From an uncultured Prevotella sp. (GTDB lineage: Bacteria > Bacteroidota > Bacteroidia > Bacteroidales > Bacteroidaceae): a stretch of DNA of 61,107 bases. Positions 46,562-55,540 of this stretch are shown piece after piece. The notes beneath the pieces were generated by a model that was not told the DNA's origin, ran no database searches, and was given only the letters and a program-made list of their open reading frames with translations. The position numbers were made by a program, and so were the translations under genes. The stretch lies in the NCBI GenBank assembly GCA_900550635.1, contig URSZ01000001.1, positions 1 to 61,107 of the forward strand, written 5' to 3'. Every line of letters begins with the position of its first letter. Positions within the stretch are counted from its first letter, which is position 1.

Positions 46562-46783
46562 TTAATATTCGTCCTCGTTGAAGAGGAAATCTTCTTTTGT
46601 TGGGTAATCCGGCCATACGTCTTCGATGGTTTCGTAGACATCGCCTTCGTCTTCGAGTTCCTGCAGGTTTTCTATCACTTCGAGTGGAGCTCCCGAACGC
46701 ATGGCGTAGTCTATCAGTTCGTCTTTAGTTGCGGGCCAGGGCGCATCTTCAAGTTTCGAGGCTAGTTCTAATGTCCAATACAT
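46562..46783 (-). CDS. DUF2795 domain protein
   Basis: MYWTLELASKLEDAPWPATKDELIDYAMRSGAPLEVIENLQELEDEGDVYETIEDVWPDYPTKEDFLFNEDEY. The ATG at 46783 gives the usual length of about 73 aa. Confidence 0.85.
   Translation of the reverse strand: MYWTLELASKLEDAPWPATKDELIDYAMRSGAPLEVIENLQELEDEGDVYETIEDVWPDYPTKEDFLFNEDEY
46564..46583. repeat. att-like direct repeat, right (inside the intact DUF2795 3' end)
   Basis: See 43112-43131. Confidence 0.75.
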
Positions 46784-46946
46784 ATTATTATCCTTATAAG
46801 GTTCTTTAAGCGTGCGCAAAAATACAACCTTATTCCAAATAATATGCACTGCGGGAGATATATTTATCGGTATAAATGTTAAAAATTCTTTTACCTCGCA
46901 GAGTATTCTGCCGGTGCTTTGTTTTATGGGCCAAAGTAGTGGTTTT

Positions 46947-47549
46947 TCAGAAACTTACTATATGGTTTTGCTTGTTCAGCTTGCTGTCGAAAAACACGAG
47001 TCCGGCCTCGTAAAGGTCGAATGTCACCACCGAGCGCGGGTCTTTGCGTATGTTCTCCCAGTTCCTGCGTGCGGCGGGCGTGGCGTATATTCCCGCCGCC
47101 ACAAAAAGGCTTCGCGGCCCTGCGCCGGGGGCAAAGCTCATGAATGCCCCGTAGGCGTCCTCGCCTGGTGCGACATAGCAAAGGTCGTACCGTTTGCCGG
47201 CCATGCCTGCCGGGCTGTCGGCCTGCATTACCTGCGCTTTCCTGCAGCCGGCTGCCACGTATTTGCCCGTAACGCCCCTGTTGCGACCCACAATGGCCGC
47301 CTTTTCCGGCCTTACATAGTTGGCCAGGCGGAACATAAGCCTGTCCATCCGTCCGGAAACGCTCAGACGCCCCGCGTAACTGCCGCGCATTCGGGCCAGT
47401 TCGGGATAGGCGTAATACATGTGGCTCTCGTAGATTACTCCTTTTATGAGGTTGTAGGCAAATGGCGAATGCACTCCGTAGCCGTTGCGGTGGCGGAAGC
47501 GCAGTGTCCTTATGTATATACGGTGCAAAAAGGTATGAATATTTGCCAT
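46947..47549 (-). CDS. Conserved hypothetical protein, possibly a SAM-dependent methyltransferase fold
   Basis: The N-terminal motif NGYGVHSPFAYNLI resembles a motif I associate with a Bacteroidota methyltransferase-like family. The ATG at 47549 is preferred because a TATTTTTG box (47557-47564, minus strand) lies inside the longer track ORF. Confidence 0.6.
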   Translation of the reverse strand: MANIHTFLHRIYIRTLRFRHRNGYGVHSPFAYNLIKGVIYESHMYYAYPELARMRGSYAGRLSVSGRMDRLMFRLANYVRPEKAAIVGRNRGVTGKYVAAGCRKAQVMQADSPAGMAGKRYDLCYVAPGEDAYGAFMSFAPGAGPRSLFVAAGIYATPAARRNWENIRKDPRSVVTFDLYEAGLVFFDSKLNKQNHIVSF

Positions 47550-47669
47550 ATCGCGGCAAAAATACTTATTTAACGGCAAAATATCGACTATTTATCTAAT
47601 CAAATCATAAAAAAGCATAAATAAAGGTTATTTCCGCATAGAGGTGTTCGTTTTGCCGAAAAAAACCGC

Positions 47670-47747
47670 TAATTTTGTTACGTGTTTTTCATAGTATTAG
47701 ATTTAAGGTTAACATTAAGATTAGGGTTACGGAGGTAACCCTTTTTT
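47670..47747 (+). ncRNA. Candidate orphan small transcript: -7 box, six TTANNN hexamers, intrinsic terminator
   Basis: TAATTTTG at 47670-47677. TTAGAT TTAAGG TTAACA TTAAGA TTAGGG TTACGG at 47697-47732. GGGTTAC-GGAG-GTAACCC followed by TTTTTTATT at 47724-47747. No co-directional CDS is nearby. Confidence 0.3.
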
Positions 47748-47926
47748 ATTTCCGGCCAACCTTATCCCCGTATTTGTGTATCATGACAGGCTGCCGCGCG
47801 GCCGTGCGGACGCAGCGGCAGGGTGGTTTCCATTTCCATAGTTAGGCGCGATAATTTGTTTTTGATACGCGATGAATTTCGTATCCACGAGTGGAAAATT
47901 TGTGTCTTAAAAAGGCGTTTTCCGGT

Positions 47927-48086
47927 GCGGAAAAATGAAAACTGGTTTTCAGCGCATTTATCCCACATGGGAGCAAATAAAAAATACAAGGCACATATTT
48001 CAAAATATGTCTGACCTATTTTAAAATATCTCAGACATATTTTTGCGAGGGTCGAAACGGGGTGTCCGGAATAAAGACAAACAGCG
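47927..48086. repeat. Mosaic intergenic repeat, copy 13
   Basis: ATGAAAACTGGTTTTCA hairpin, TCCCACATGGGAGCAAATAAAAAA box, three units at about 47979-48044, and an edge box AAGACAAACAGCG. Confidence 0.85.
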
Positions 48087-48209
48087 ACCCGCGTCCTGCG
48101 GGAGCATTATGTAAAGGCAAACACTACCGGCAACATACGCCTGCCGGTTTACCACCCTTATATAATCAATGTGTATTCTTCGGGTTCGGGCAGGCGGGCA
48201 GCAGCAAAT

Positions 48210-48243
48210 AAAAAATGCACTGCCATAACGACAGTGCATTTTA
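48210..48243 (-). terminator. Intrinsic terminator of the ferredoxin gene
   Basis: The minus strand reads AAAATGCACTG-TCGTTATGG-CAGTGCATTTTTT, 26 nt after the stop. Confidence 0.7.
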
Positions 48244-48268
48244 TGATTCTGTTGTTTTTCTGCCTTGA

Positions 48269-48439
48269 TTACTCACCCGGAGCGATAGCACCGCTGGGGC
48301 ATACGTCTGCGCAAGTACCGCAGTCAACGCAAGCATCGGGGTTGATAGAATACTTCTCGCCCTCAGAAATAGCACCGCTGGGGCATTCGTCGATACAAGT
48401 ACCGCATGCAACGCAATCGTCGCTGATTACATAAGCCAT
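48269..48439 (-). CDS. 2x[4Fe-4S] ferredoxin (56 aa; below the ORF-track cutoff)
   Basis: My translation is MAYVISDDCVACGTCIDECPSGAISEGEKYSINPDACVDCGTCADVCPSGAIAPGE, with two CxxCxxCxxxCP clusters. The 48171-48434 + ORF is its antisense shadow. A TAACTTTG box sits on the minus strand at 48489-48496. Confidence 0.9.
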   Translation of the reverse strand: MAYVISDDCVACGTCIDECPSGAISEGEKYSINPDACVDCGTCADVCPSGAIAPGE

Positions 48440-48643
48440 AATAGTATGAATTTAATTGTTAGTAATGTTGTTCTTTCGTAAACCGGTGCAAAGTTACCTT
48501 TTTTCATGAAAAAACAAAATCTGCGTTCCTAAAAATATCACAACGCGCGTTTGTTTGTTCACGCGGCCCGCCAAAATGCGGCAGGCACACGGGCGGAATG
48601 GGCTTTTTGTTAAGCGTTTGTATAAAAGTTAACTGAAAATTTA

Positions 48644-48651
48644 TAACTTTG
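48644..48651 (+). promoter_or_regulatory. -7 promoter box (TAnnTTTG) only 8 nt before the licD-like ATG
   Basis: TAACTTTG, with the ATG at 48659. This implies a leaderless or near-leaderless mRNA. Confidence 0.45.
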
Positions 48652-48658
48652 CGCGGAA

Positions 48659-49495
48659 ATGAGAAGCGAGGTTGATTTCGATGTCAGGGCGTTCCAAATG
48701 AAATGCCTTGAAATTATGGATACTTTCGACGCCGTGTGCCGCGCAAACGGTTTGCGCTACTATATGGCGTGCGGCACCATGCTCGGCGCCGTAAGGCACA
48801 AGGGATTCATTCCGTGGGACGACGACGTTGACGTCTACATGCCGCGGCCCGACTACGACCGCCTTGTAAAGAACGCGCGAAAATGGCTTCCCGCACCGCT
48901 CAAAATGGTGGAATGCGAATCGGACATAACCTTTCCCCACTACTACGGCAAGATAGAAGACGAAAGCACAACCATGATAGAGCGCGTGTACCTCGGCCAC
49001 TTCGGAGGAGTATGGATAGACATCTTCCCCGTAGACGGAGTTACCGACTGCAAACTGTTGCGCAAACTGCATGTGCGACGCTTCAAGTTCTGGCGGAAAA
49101 TGCTTTACTACGTCTACCGTGACCCCTGGAAACACGGCCGCACCCCCGGCGGATACATGGTAAAGGCTATACACGCAATGTTTTCAAAGCAATACGTGCA
49201 CCGCAAACTGCAAAACGTAATAAGGCAATACGACTTCGAAAGCCACAACACACTAATGCCGCACAACGACAAGCAGAAGACTTTCACCCGCGAGATACTC
49301 GGCGAACCTACGGAATACGACTTCGAAGGACGCAAATATTACGGCGTAAAGGATTACGACAAGTATCTTACCATAATATTCGGCGATTACATGACACTGC
49401 CCCCGGTAGAGCAGCGCGTGGTGCACCACAACCTCGTTTGTTGCGACCTTAACCGTTCCTACAAGGAATACATGCGAGAGCACGGAATACAGTAG
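48659..49495 (+). CDS. LicD-family phosphotransferase
   Basis: CGTMLGAVRHKGFIPWDDDVDVYMPRPDY is the LicD signature region. Confidence 0.85.
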   Translation: MRSEVDFDVRAFQMKCLEIMDTFDAVCRANGLRYYMACGTMLGAVRHKGFIPWDDDVDVYMPRPDYDRLVKNARKWLPAPLKMVECESDITFPHYYGKIEDESTTMIERVYLGHFGGVWIDIFPVDGVTDCKLLRKLHVRRFKFWRKMLYYVYRDPWKHGRTPGGYMVKAIHAMFSKQYVHRKLQNVIRQYDFESHNTLMPHNDKQKTFTREILGEPTEYDFEGRKYYGVKDYDKYLTIIFGDYMTLPPVEQRVVHHNLVCCDLNRSYKEYMREHGIQ

Positions 49496-49562
49496 AACGG
49501 ATAAGGCACAGACAACCCACAAAACAAAAACGGTAAACATAAATCATTCAAGCACACAGTCG

Positions 49563-50321
49563 ATGCAGGCAATAATACTGGCGGCAGGAATGGGCAAACG
49601 CCTTGGCGAACGCACACGCGAAAAAGCGAAATGCATGGTCAGCGTGGCAGGAGTGCCCATGATAGACAGAATGCTCAAGCAGCTTGCGGCACTCAGAACG
49701 GAACGGGTAATAATAGTTACCGGCTATATGGCCGACGAACTGAAAAAACACATAGGCAACAGGTACAACAGCCTGATGAAAATAGAATATATCGACAACG
49801 AAGCCTACGCCACAACAAACAACATATATTCGCTCTACCTTGCAAAGGATACTTTTGCCGACGGCAACACACTGCTGCTCGAAAGCGACCTTACGCTTGC
49901 CGACGGGCTGCTCGAATCGCTGGTAAAGAACCCTTGCCCCGATGTTGCGCTCGTTTCAGAATACAAAGACTGGATGGACGGCACTGTGGTAACGCTCGAC
50001 CGGGAAAACAGAATCACACGCTTTATCGGCAAAGGCGGATACCGCACCACCGATAACACTTCTTATTACAAAACGGTAAATATATACAAGTTCAGCAGCG
50101 CATTCCTTTGCGGCACATACCTGCCCGCACTCGAGGAATACCGCCGCACACACGGCGACAACGAATATTACGAGCGCGTGCTCGGCGAAATCGTAACACA
50201 AAACAGTTACCCTTTGTCGGCACAAGTGGTCGACAACAGTCAATGGTATGAAATAGACGACGCCGACGACCTTGCTGCCGCCGAAGAACGTTTCGCCTCT
50301 ACCAACGCCACCGAGAAATAA
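49563..50321 (+). CDS. Sugar/alcohol-phosphate nucleotidyltransferase (LicC/NTP_transferase-like)
   Basis: MQAIILAAGMGKRLG is an N-terminal NTP-transferase motif. 252 aa. Confidence 0.8.
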   Translation: MQAIILAAGMGKRLGERTREKAKCMVSVAGVPMIDRMLKQLAALRTERVIIVTGYMADELKKHIGNRYNSLMKIEYIDNEAYATTNNIYSLYLAKDTFADGNTLLLESDLTLADGLLESLVKNPCPDVALVSEYKDWMDGTVVTLDRENRITRFIGKGGYRTTDNTSYYKTVNIYKFSSAFLCGTYLPALEEYRRTHGDNEYYERVLGEIVTQNSYPLSAQVVDNSQWYEIDDADDLAAAEERFASTNATEK

Positions 50322-50401
50322 CGCCGCAACCAACACCGGCTCGACAGCAACCCGGTGACAACGCAGAAAACGTTCACCGCCATAAGAACAAATACCCTTA
50401 A

Positions 50402-51469
50402 ATGCCCCGACACTACCTTCTCTTTGCTTCACTTGCTTACGCATACCCCATACTGCGCCCGCTCGAAGAAGAAATACGCCGACGCGGAGATGTGGCAGCA
50501 TGGTTCCTCGAACCGGAATGCGAAGACCTTTTGCGCGACGATGAACTGCGGCTGAAAACATTCCGCGAAGTGCGCGACTTTGCTCCGGTAGCTGTGTTTG
50601 CCCCGGGAAATTGGGTGTACGACTTCTTTCCCGGCATAAAAGTAGAGCTCTTCCACGGCTATCCAATAGCCAAGCGAAAAGCTAAGCACGACGACCATTT
50701 TACAATCCGCAACTGGTTCGACATCTACTGCACGCAAGGACCTACTTCGACTGTTCCTTTTAAGAAGCTGGAAGAAAAGCTCGGTTTTTTCAAGGTGTAC
50801 GAAACAGGCTGGAGCAAGGCGGATGCTTTTTTCAGGCAGCCGGCCACGGAAGAAAAGCACAGCGTTACCCCCACAATACTTTACGCAACGACCTTTACGC
50901 GGGGAATCTCCTCCGCATGGGAAATGCCGGAAGTAATCGAACGACTTGCTGAGGAAAAGCCCTGGAACTGGAAAATAATACTGCACCCTAAGATAACCGA
51001 CCTGCAACTTATCGAGCGCTACAAGAGGCTTGCGGAAAAACATTCCAACATTACTTTCCTCGGTATGGCAAACGATGTCGGCATACTGCGAGACAGTGAC
51101 GTCATGCTCAGCGACAGTTCGTCCATAATAGTAGAATACATGCTGCTTGGCAAACCTGTTGTCACTTACCGAAACACAAATCCCGGCCCGCAGCTGATAA
51201 ACGTTCCCGAACTTTCAGAAATAGGCGAAGCGTTGGAAAAAGCGTTAAAGCGTCCGCGTTCTCTTATGGAAACCATAGAACATTACAGCCTAAACCACGA
51301 AGCCCACCGCGACGGGAACAACTGCAAGCGCATTCTTGACGCGGTTGACGATTTCAAGGCCAATTATGAAGGACGTATAAAGCGAAAACCGCTCAACCTG
51401 CTGCGTAAAGTCAAGCTGCGCCGCAAGGTTGCCTCGCAATGGCTGCGTTACGTTTTCAACATAGAATGA
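50402..51469 (+). CDS. CDP-glycerol glycerophosphotransferase (TagB/TagF) family protein
   Basis: ILYATTFTRG ... KIILHPKI ... SDVMLSDSSSIIVEYMLLGKPVV resembles the TagF-like C-terminal domain. Confidence 0.65.
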   Translation: MPRHYLLFASLAYAYPILRPLEEEIRRRGDVAAWFLEPECEDLLRDDELRLKTFREVRDFAPVAVFAPGNWVYDFFPGIKVELFHGYPIAKRKAKHDDHFTIRNWFDIYCTQGPTSTVPFKKLEEKLGFFKVYETGWSKADAFFRQPATEEKHSVTPTILYATTFTRGISSAWEMPEVIERLAEEKPWNWKIILHPKITDLQLIERYKRLAEKHSNITFLGMANDVGILRDSDVMLSDSSSIIVEYMLLGKPVVTYRNTNPGPQLINVPELSEIGEALEKALKRPRSLMETIEHYSLNHEAHRDGNNCKRILDAVDDFKANYEGRIKRKPLNLLRKVKLRRKVASQWLRYVFNIE

Positions 51470-51529
51470 CTCGTTTGCCCATATACTGCAAACGAGGACA
51501 ACACCTAACTACAAATACACAAAACCAAA

Positions 51530-51565
51530 GCCGCATGGTTGCCGTAGCGAGTGCAACCATGCGGC
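51530..51565 (-). terminator. Hairpin terminator downstream of asd
   Basis: GCCGCATGGTTGC-10 nt-GCAACCATGCGGC, a 13-bp stem. On the minus strand it is followed by TTTGGTTTTGTG. Confidence 0.5.
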
Positions 51566-51612
51566 AATATACCTACATGTTTTGCGGGCTTAAAAGCTCC
51601 TTGCGCAAAAAA

Positions 51613-52623
51613 TCATTTTACATTACCTACTTTTACGAGATATTCACCTATCTGTACGGCATTCAACGCCGCACCTTTGCGTATCTGGTCGCCAACAAGC
51701 CAGAAAGCAAGCCCGTTGGGGTTGGCGATGTCCTTACGTATGCGGCCCACGTACACGTCGTCGGTGCCGGCAAGGAACAAAGGCATTGGGTATTTCTTCT
51801 CTGCGGGGTCGTCAACGAGTTGCAAACCCTGTCCGGCGGCAATTGCTTCGCGTGCCTCCTCAACCGAGATTGGGCGTTCGGTCTCTATCCACACGCTTTC
51901 GCTATGCGAGCGGAGCGATGGAACGCGGACGCACGTTGAGCTGGTCACCACGTCGCTGTGCATTATCTTGCGGGTTTCGTTGAACATTTTCATCTCCTCC
52001 TTGGTGTATCCGTTATCGGTAAACACGTCTATCTGGGGAATTACATTGTACGCAAGCTGGTAAGGGAACTTTTCGACCGTTACTTTCTCACCTGCGATAA
52101 CCTGGCGGTACTGCTCGTCGAGTTCTGCCATGGCCGAAGCCCCTGCACCGCTCGCAGCCTGGTAGGTAGCAACATGTATGCGGCGTATATGGCTTATCTG
52201 CTCCAGCACCTTCAGCGCAACGACCATTATTATCGTCGTGCAGTTAGGGTTTGCTATGATTCCGCGCGGACGGTTGAGGGCGTCCTCGGGATTGCATTCG
52301 GGAACTACCAAAGGCACATCATCATCCATGCGGAATGCGCTGGAATTGTCAATCATCACAGCCCCGTATTTGGTTATGTCGGCTGCGAACTCGCGCGAAA
52401 CGCCTGCGCCTGCCGACGTAAAGGCGATGTCCACGCCCTTGAAATCATCGTTATGCTGGAGAAGTTTCACCGTAATGTCTTTTCCGTGGAACTTGCAAGT
52501 GCTCCCCGCGCTGCGTTTCGAGCCAAAAAGCAAAAGTTCGTCGATTGGAAACTCGCGCTGCTCGAGCACGCGCAAAAACTCCTGTCCTACGGCGCCGCTT
52601 GCGCCTACAATAGCTACTCTCAT
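51613..52623 (-). CDS. asd: Aspartate-semialdehyde dehydrogenase
   Basis: [16 protein letters not shown] (NAD fold), the active-site region IANPNCTTI, and 336 aa. Confidence 0.95.
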   Translation of the reverse strand: MRVAIVGASGAVGQEFLRVLEQREFPIDELLLFGSKRSAGSTCKFHGKDITVKLLQHNDDFKGVDIAFTSAGAGVSREFAADITKYGAVMIDNSSAFRMDDDVPLVVPECNPEDALNRPRGIIANPNCTTIIMVVALKVLEQISHIRRIHVATYQAASGAGASAMAELDEQYRQVIAGEKVTVEKFPYQLAYNVIPQIDVFTDNGYTKEEMKMFNETRKIMHSDVVTSSTCVRVPSLRSHSESVWIETERPISVEEAREAIAAGQGLQLVDDPAEKKYPMPLFLAGTDDVYVGRIRKDIANPNGLAFWLVGDQIRKGAALNAVQIGEYLVKVGNVK

Positions 52624-52690
52624 TTTATATTTGTTTTTATTTGTCGGGATATTATGGCCGCCAAAAACATGCTGCCGGCCCTATCTCGCG

Positions 52691-52698
52691 CAAAATTA
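52691..52698 (-). promoter_or_regulatory. -7 promoter box (TAnnTTTG) for asd
   Basis: The minus strand reads TAATTTTG. Confidence 0.45.
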
Positions 52699-52787
52699 TA
52701 CTTTTTTCATATACTCACGGGCAAATATGTAAAGTTTTTCGTTACTTTGCAATAAAATATAACCGTTTATGCCTGTTTCGCATTACG

Positions 52788-53570
52788 ATGTGCCATAATT
52801 CCCTTACAGAACGCACCGCATTGCTGCTCGGCGAAGAAGCCGTGCAAAGACTTGGCGCCGCCAGCGTGCTTGTGGTAGGCGTGGGAGGCGTAGGGGCATA
52901 CGCGGCCGAGATGATTTGCCGCGCGGGAATCGGCAGCATGACCATAGTCGATGCCGACTGCGTTGCGCCATCGAACATCAACCGCCAGCTGCCGGCGCTC
53001 ACAAGCACTGTAGGACAGGAAAAGGTAAATGTGCTCGGCAAAAGGCTCAACGACATAAACCCTGCGCTAAATCTGCGCTGCATGGCCGAGTATGTAGACG
53101 CCGAAAGCGTCCCCGCCCTGCTCGACGGCGGCAAGTTCGATTTCATTGTCGACGCCATAGACACCATAAGCCCCAAGGTAAGCCTTATATGCGGAGCGCT
53201 CGACCGCAAAATCCCCATAATATCGTCGATGGGCGCGGGCGCGAAAACCGACATAAGCAAAATACGCACGGCCGACGTTTGGGAAACATACAACTGCGGG
53301 CTCAGCCGCGCCGTAAGGCAGGCACTGAAAAAGCGGGGCTATTCGCGGCGCAAGTTGCAGGTGGTTTTCAGCACCGAACCGCCCGACATGCAGGCAGTAA
53401 TGGCCGTAACGGGAGAGCGCAACAAGAAAACCACCGTGGGGACGGTGAGTTACATGCCCGCCGCATTCGGCTGCCACCTCGCGCAATACGTAATAACACA
53501 CATAGCAGGCACAAACCGCAACGGCACGCGCACACACGCGGGCACGGCAAACAGCCGCGCAAACCATTAA
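52788..53570 (+). CDS. tcdA: tRNA threonylcarbamoyladenosine dehydratase (ThiF/E1-like)
   Basis: VLVVGVGGVGAYAAEMICRAGIGSMTIVDADCVAPSNINRQ. The ATG at 52788 is chosen. Confidence 0.85.
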   Translation: MCHNSLTERTALLLGEEAVQRLGAASVLVVGVGGVGAYAAEMICRAGIGSMTIVDADCVAPSNINRQLPALTSTVGQEKVNVLGKRLNDINPALNLRCMAEYVDAESVPALLDGGKFDFIVDAIDTISPKVSLICGALDRKIPIISSMGAGAKTDISKIRTADVWETYNCGLSRAVRQALKKRGYSRRKLQVVFSTEPPDMQAVMAVTGERNKKTTVGTVSYMPAAFGCHLAQYVITHIAGTNRNGTRTHAGTANSRANH

Positions 53571-53588
53571 GACAAAAACACCAGCACA

Positions 53589-54269
53589 ATGATAGATTTA
53601 AAAGGAATCAAAAAAAGTTTCGGCAAGCTTGAAGTACTGCGCGGCATAGACCTGCACGTAGGGAAAGGCGAGATAGTCAGCATAGTAGGCCCGAGCGGCG
53701 CAGGCAAGACCACCCTGCTGCAAATCATGGGCACACTCGACCGTGCCGACTCCGGCAGCGTCATGCTCGACGGCGTAGACATCAACTCACTCTCCGGACG
53801 TGAGCTGTCACGCTTCAGGAACAGGAAAATAGGATTCGTGTTCCAGTCACACCAGCTGCTAAACGAGTTCACGGCGCTCGAAAACGTCATGATTCCGGCA
53901 CATATAGCCAAAACCGACAGCAGCGAGGCCAAACGCCGGGCCGAAGAACTGCTCGATTTCGTGGGACTGTCGCAACGCAGCCACCACAAGCCGCTCGAGA
54001 TGTCGGGCGGAGAGCAGCAACGAGTGGCAGTGGCGCGTGCGCTGGTCAACAACCCCACCATAATCCTGGCCGATGAGCCATCCGGTAGCCTCGACAGCAA
54101 AAACAAACAGGAACTCCACCGGCTTTTCTTCGACCTGCGGGAACGCTACGGACAGACATTCGTAATTGTAACGCACGACGAAAACTTAGCCACCCAAACC
54201 GACCGCACAATCCACATGGCCGACGGCCTGATTGTTCCCACCGACCCCGGCACAACACAGGAAATATAA
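53589..54269 (+). CDS. ABC transporter ATP-binding protein (LolD/FtsE-like)
   Basis: Walker [10 protein letters not shown], signature [15 protein letters not shown], and Walker B IILADEP. Confidence 0.9.
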   Translation: MIDLKGIKKSFGKLEVLRGIDLHVGKGEIVSIVGPSGAGKTTLLQIMGTLDRADSGSVMLDGVDINSLSGRELSRFRNRKIGFVFQSHQLLNEFTALENVMIPAHIAKTDSSEAKRRAEELLDFVGLSQRSHHKPLEMSGGEQQRVAVARALVNNPTIILADEPSGSLDSKNKQELHRLFFDLRERYGQTFVIVTHDENLATQTDRTIHMADGLIVPTDPGTTQEI

Positions 54270-54340
54270 TTTCCGCCAGGCTCGTTGCTATTCGGGAACA
54301 GACATATAAAGAACAAAAAAACAACCCTTGAAAACGGACA

Positions 54341-54525
54341 TCCCGAAGGCGAAAAAGTGAAAACTAATTTTCAGTGCGTTATACCCCCTTGGGAGAAAAG
54401 AAAAAATACAAGGCACATATTTCAAAATAGGTCTGACATATTTTAAAATATGTCAGACCTATTTTTTACCCCTTGAAAACCCGTTTGAAACTTGCCCCTA
54501 AAGTGCAGACAAATACGGACTCGCG
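54341..54525. repeat. Mosaic intergenic repeat, copy 14 (full-length; hairpin on the left)
   Basis: GTGAAAA-CTAA-TTTTCAG hairpin, CCCCTTGGGAGAAAAGAAAAAA box, three units at about 54400-54466, CCCCTTGAAAACCCGTTTGAAAC, and the edge box GCAGACAAATACGGACTCGCG. Confidence 0.9.
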
Positions 54526-54682
54526 TCCCTTTTGCGGCAATAACACGCCACGAAAAAGAAGGCTTCGCGTTTTTTTGCCCGAAGCGGAAACGCACGTTCC
54601 GCACAATGGGATGAAAAACAAAGCGGCAGGCTTCCGGAATGTCTCCGGCTGCCTGCCGCCATGCCCTATAGCAATGTGTTTT

Positions 54683-55246
54683 TTACTTCACACGGTTAAC
54701 GTAAGAGCCGTCGCGGGTGTCGATTTCAACCATTTCGCCCTCATTGATAAAAAGAGGTACACGCACCTCGGCACCTGTTTCGAGTTTGGCGGGCTTCGTT
54801 GCGTTAGTAGCGGTATCGCCTTTGAGTCCCGGCTCGGTGTAAGCCACCTTGAGCACTGTCTTGACCGGCATTTCGGCATAGAGCACGGTTTCGGTCGAAG
54901 CGTCGCTCACTACGTCCACGGTGTCACCTTCCTTCATGAAGTCAACGCCCGTTACGAGGTCGTGCGCAATGGGAATCTGCTCGAAAGTCTCCTGGTTCAT
55001 GAAAATGTATTCCTCGCCTTCCTTGTAAAGGAACTGGTAGGGGCGGCGCTCCACACGCACGTCCTCGAGAGCCTCGCCGATGTTAAAGCGACGCTCCAGG
55101 ACACGGCCCGACACCACGTCCTTGAGCGTGGTGCGCATGATTGTGTTGCCTTTTCCAGGTTTTACATGCAGGAAATCAATGCAGAAATAAAGCTTGCCGT
55201 CCAAGCGGATGCAAGTACCTTTTTTAATGTCTTGTGATTTAATCAT
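54683..55246 (-). CDS. efp: Elongation factor P
   Basis: 188 aa. MIKSQDIKKGTCIRLDGKLYFCIDFLHVKPGKGNTIMRTTLKDV is the EF-P N-terminus. The ATG at 55246 is chosen. Confidence 0.95.
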   Translation of the reverse strand: MIKSQDIKKGTCIRLDGKLYFCIDFLHVKPGKGNTIMRTTLKDVVSGRVLERRFNIGEALEDVRVERRPYQFLYKEGEEYIFMNQETFEQIPIAHDLVTGVDFMKEGDTVDVVSDASTETVLYAEMPVKTVLKVAYTEPGLKGDTATNATKPAKLETGAEVRVPLFINEGEMVEIDTRDGSYVNRVK

Positions 55247-55315
55247 ATCTTTATATTGAATATTTTCCACATCCCGGCAAACGCGTCTCGTGGCAGGCTT
55301 GCCGTAAAAACGGTG

Positions 55316-55323
55316 CAAAGATA
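55316..55323 (-). promoter_or_regulatory. -7 promoter box (TAnnTTTG) for efp
   Basis: The minus strand reads TATCTTTG. It is divergent from the rpmH promoter. Confidence 0.45.
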
Positions 55324-55421
55324 TTACTTTCTTTCGGATTACAACGGCCGCACAATGAAAAAGTTGGATTTAAACATCAAACAAACAGTCTTTTCAGTTT
55401 GCACATATCGGAAATAATATC

Positions 55422-55429
55422 TAACTTTG
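55422..55429 (+). promoter_or_regulatory. -7 promoter box (TAnnTTTG) upstream of rpmH
   Basis: TAACTTTG. Confidence 0.4.
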
Positions 55430-55540
55430 CACCCCGAAAGTGCCGGAACACATAAAAAGCACGCGCAGCAGGCACACCCTGGCGCAAGCTGGCGGCCCGG
55501 CGCACGCACAAAACGCAAAAAATAAATAAAACATAAAACA

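Larger units (their letters stand above)
43112..46583. mobile_element. Degenerate integrative island (about 3.45 kb, visibly AT-rich) inserted in the 3' end of the DUF2795 gene
   Basis: 20-bp direct repeats at 43112-43131 (AATACTCGTCCTCGTTGAAG) and 46564-46583 (AATATTCGTCCTCGTTGAAG). An integrase remnant sits next to the right repeat. There is a sharp composition drop relative to the flanks (by eye). Confidence 0.75.

Noticed and set aside
47682-47738. Calling the 18-codon TTA-rich mini-ORF a leucine attenuator
   Set aside because: No leucine-biosynthesis gene, or any co-directional gene, follows within about 900 bp. I keep it only as a hypothesis under the sRNA finding.
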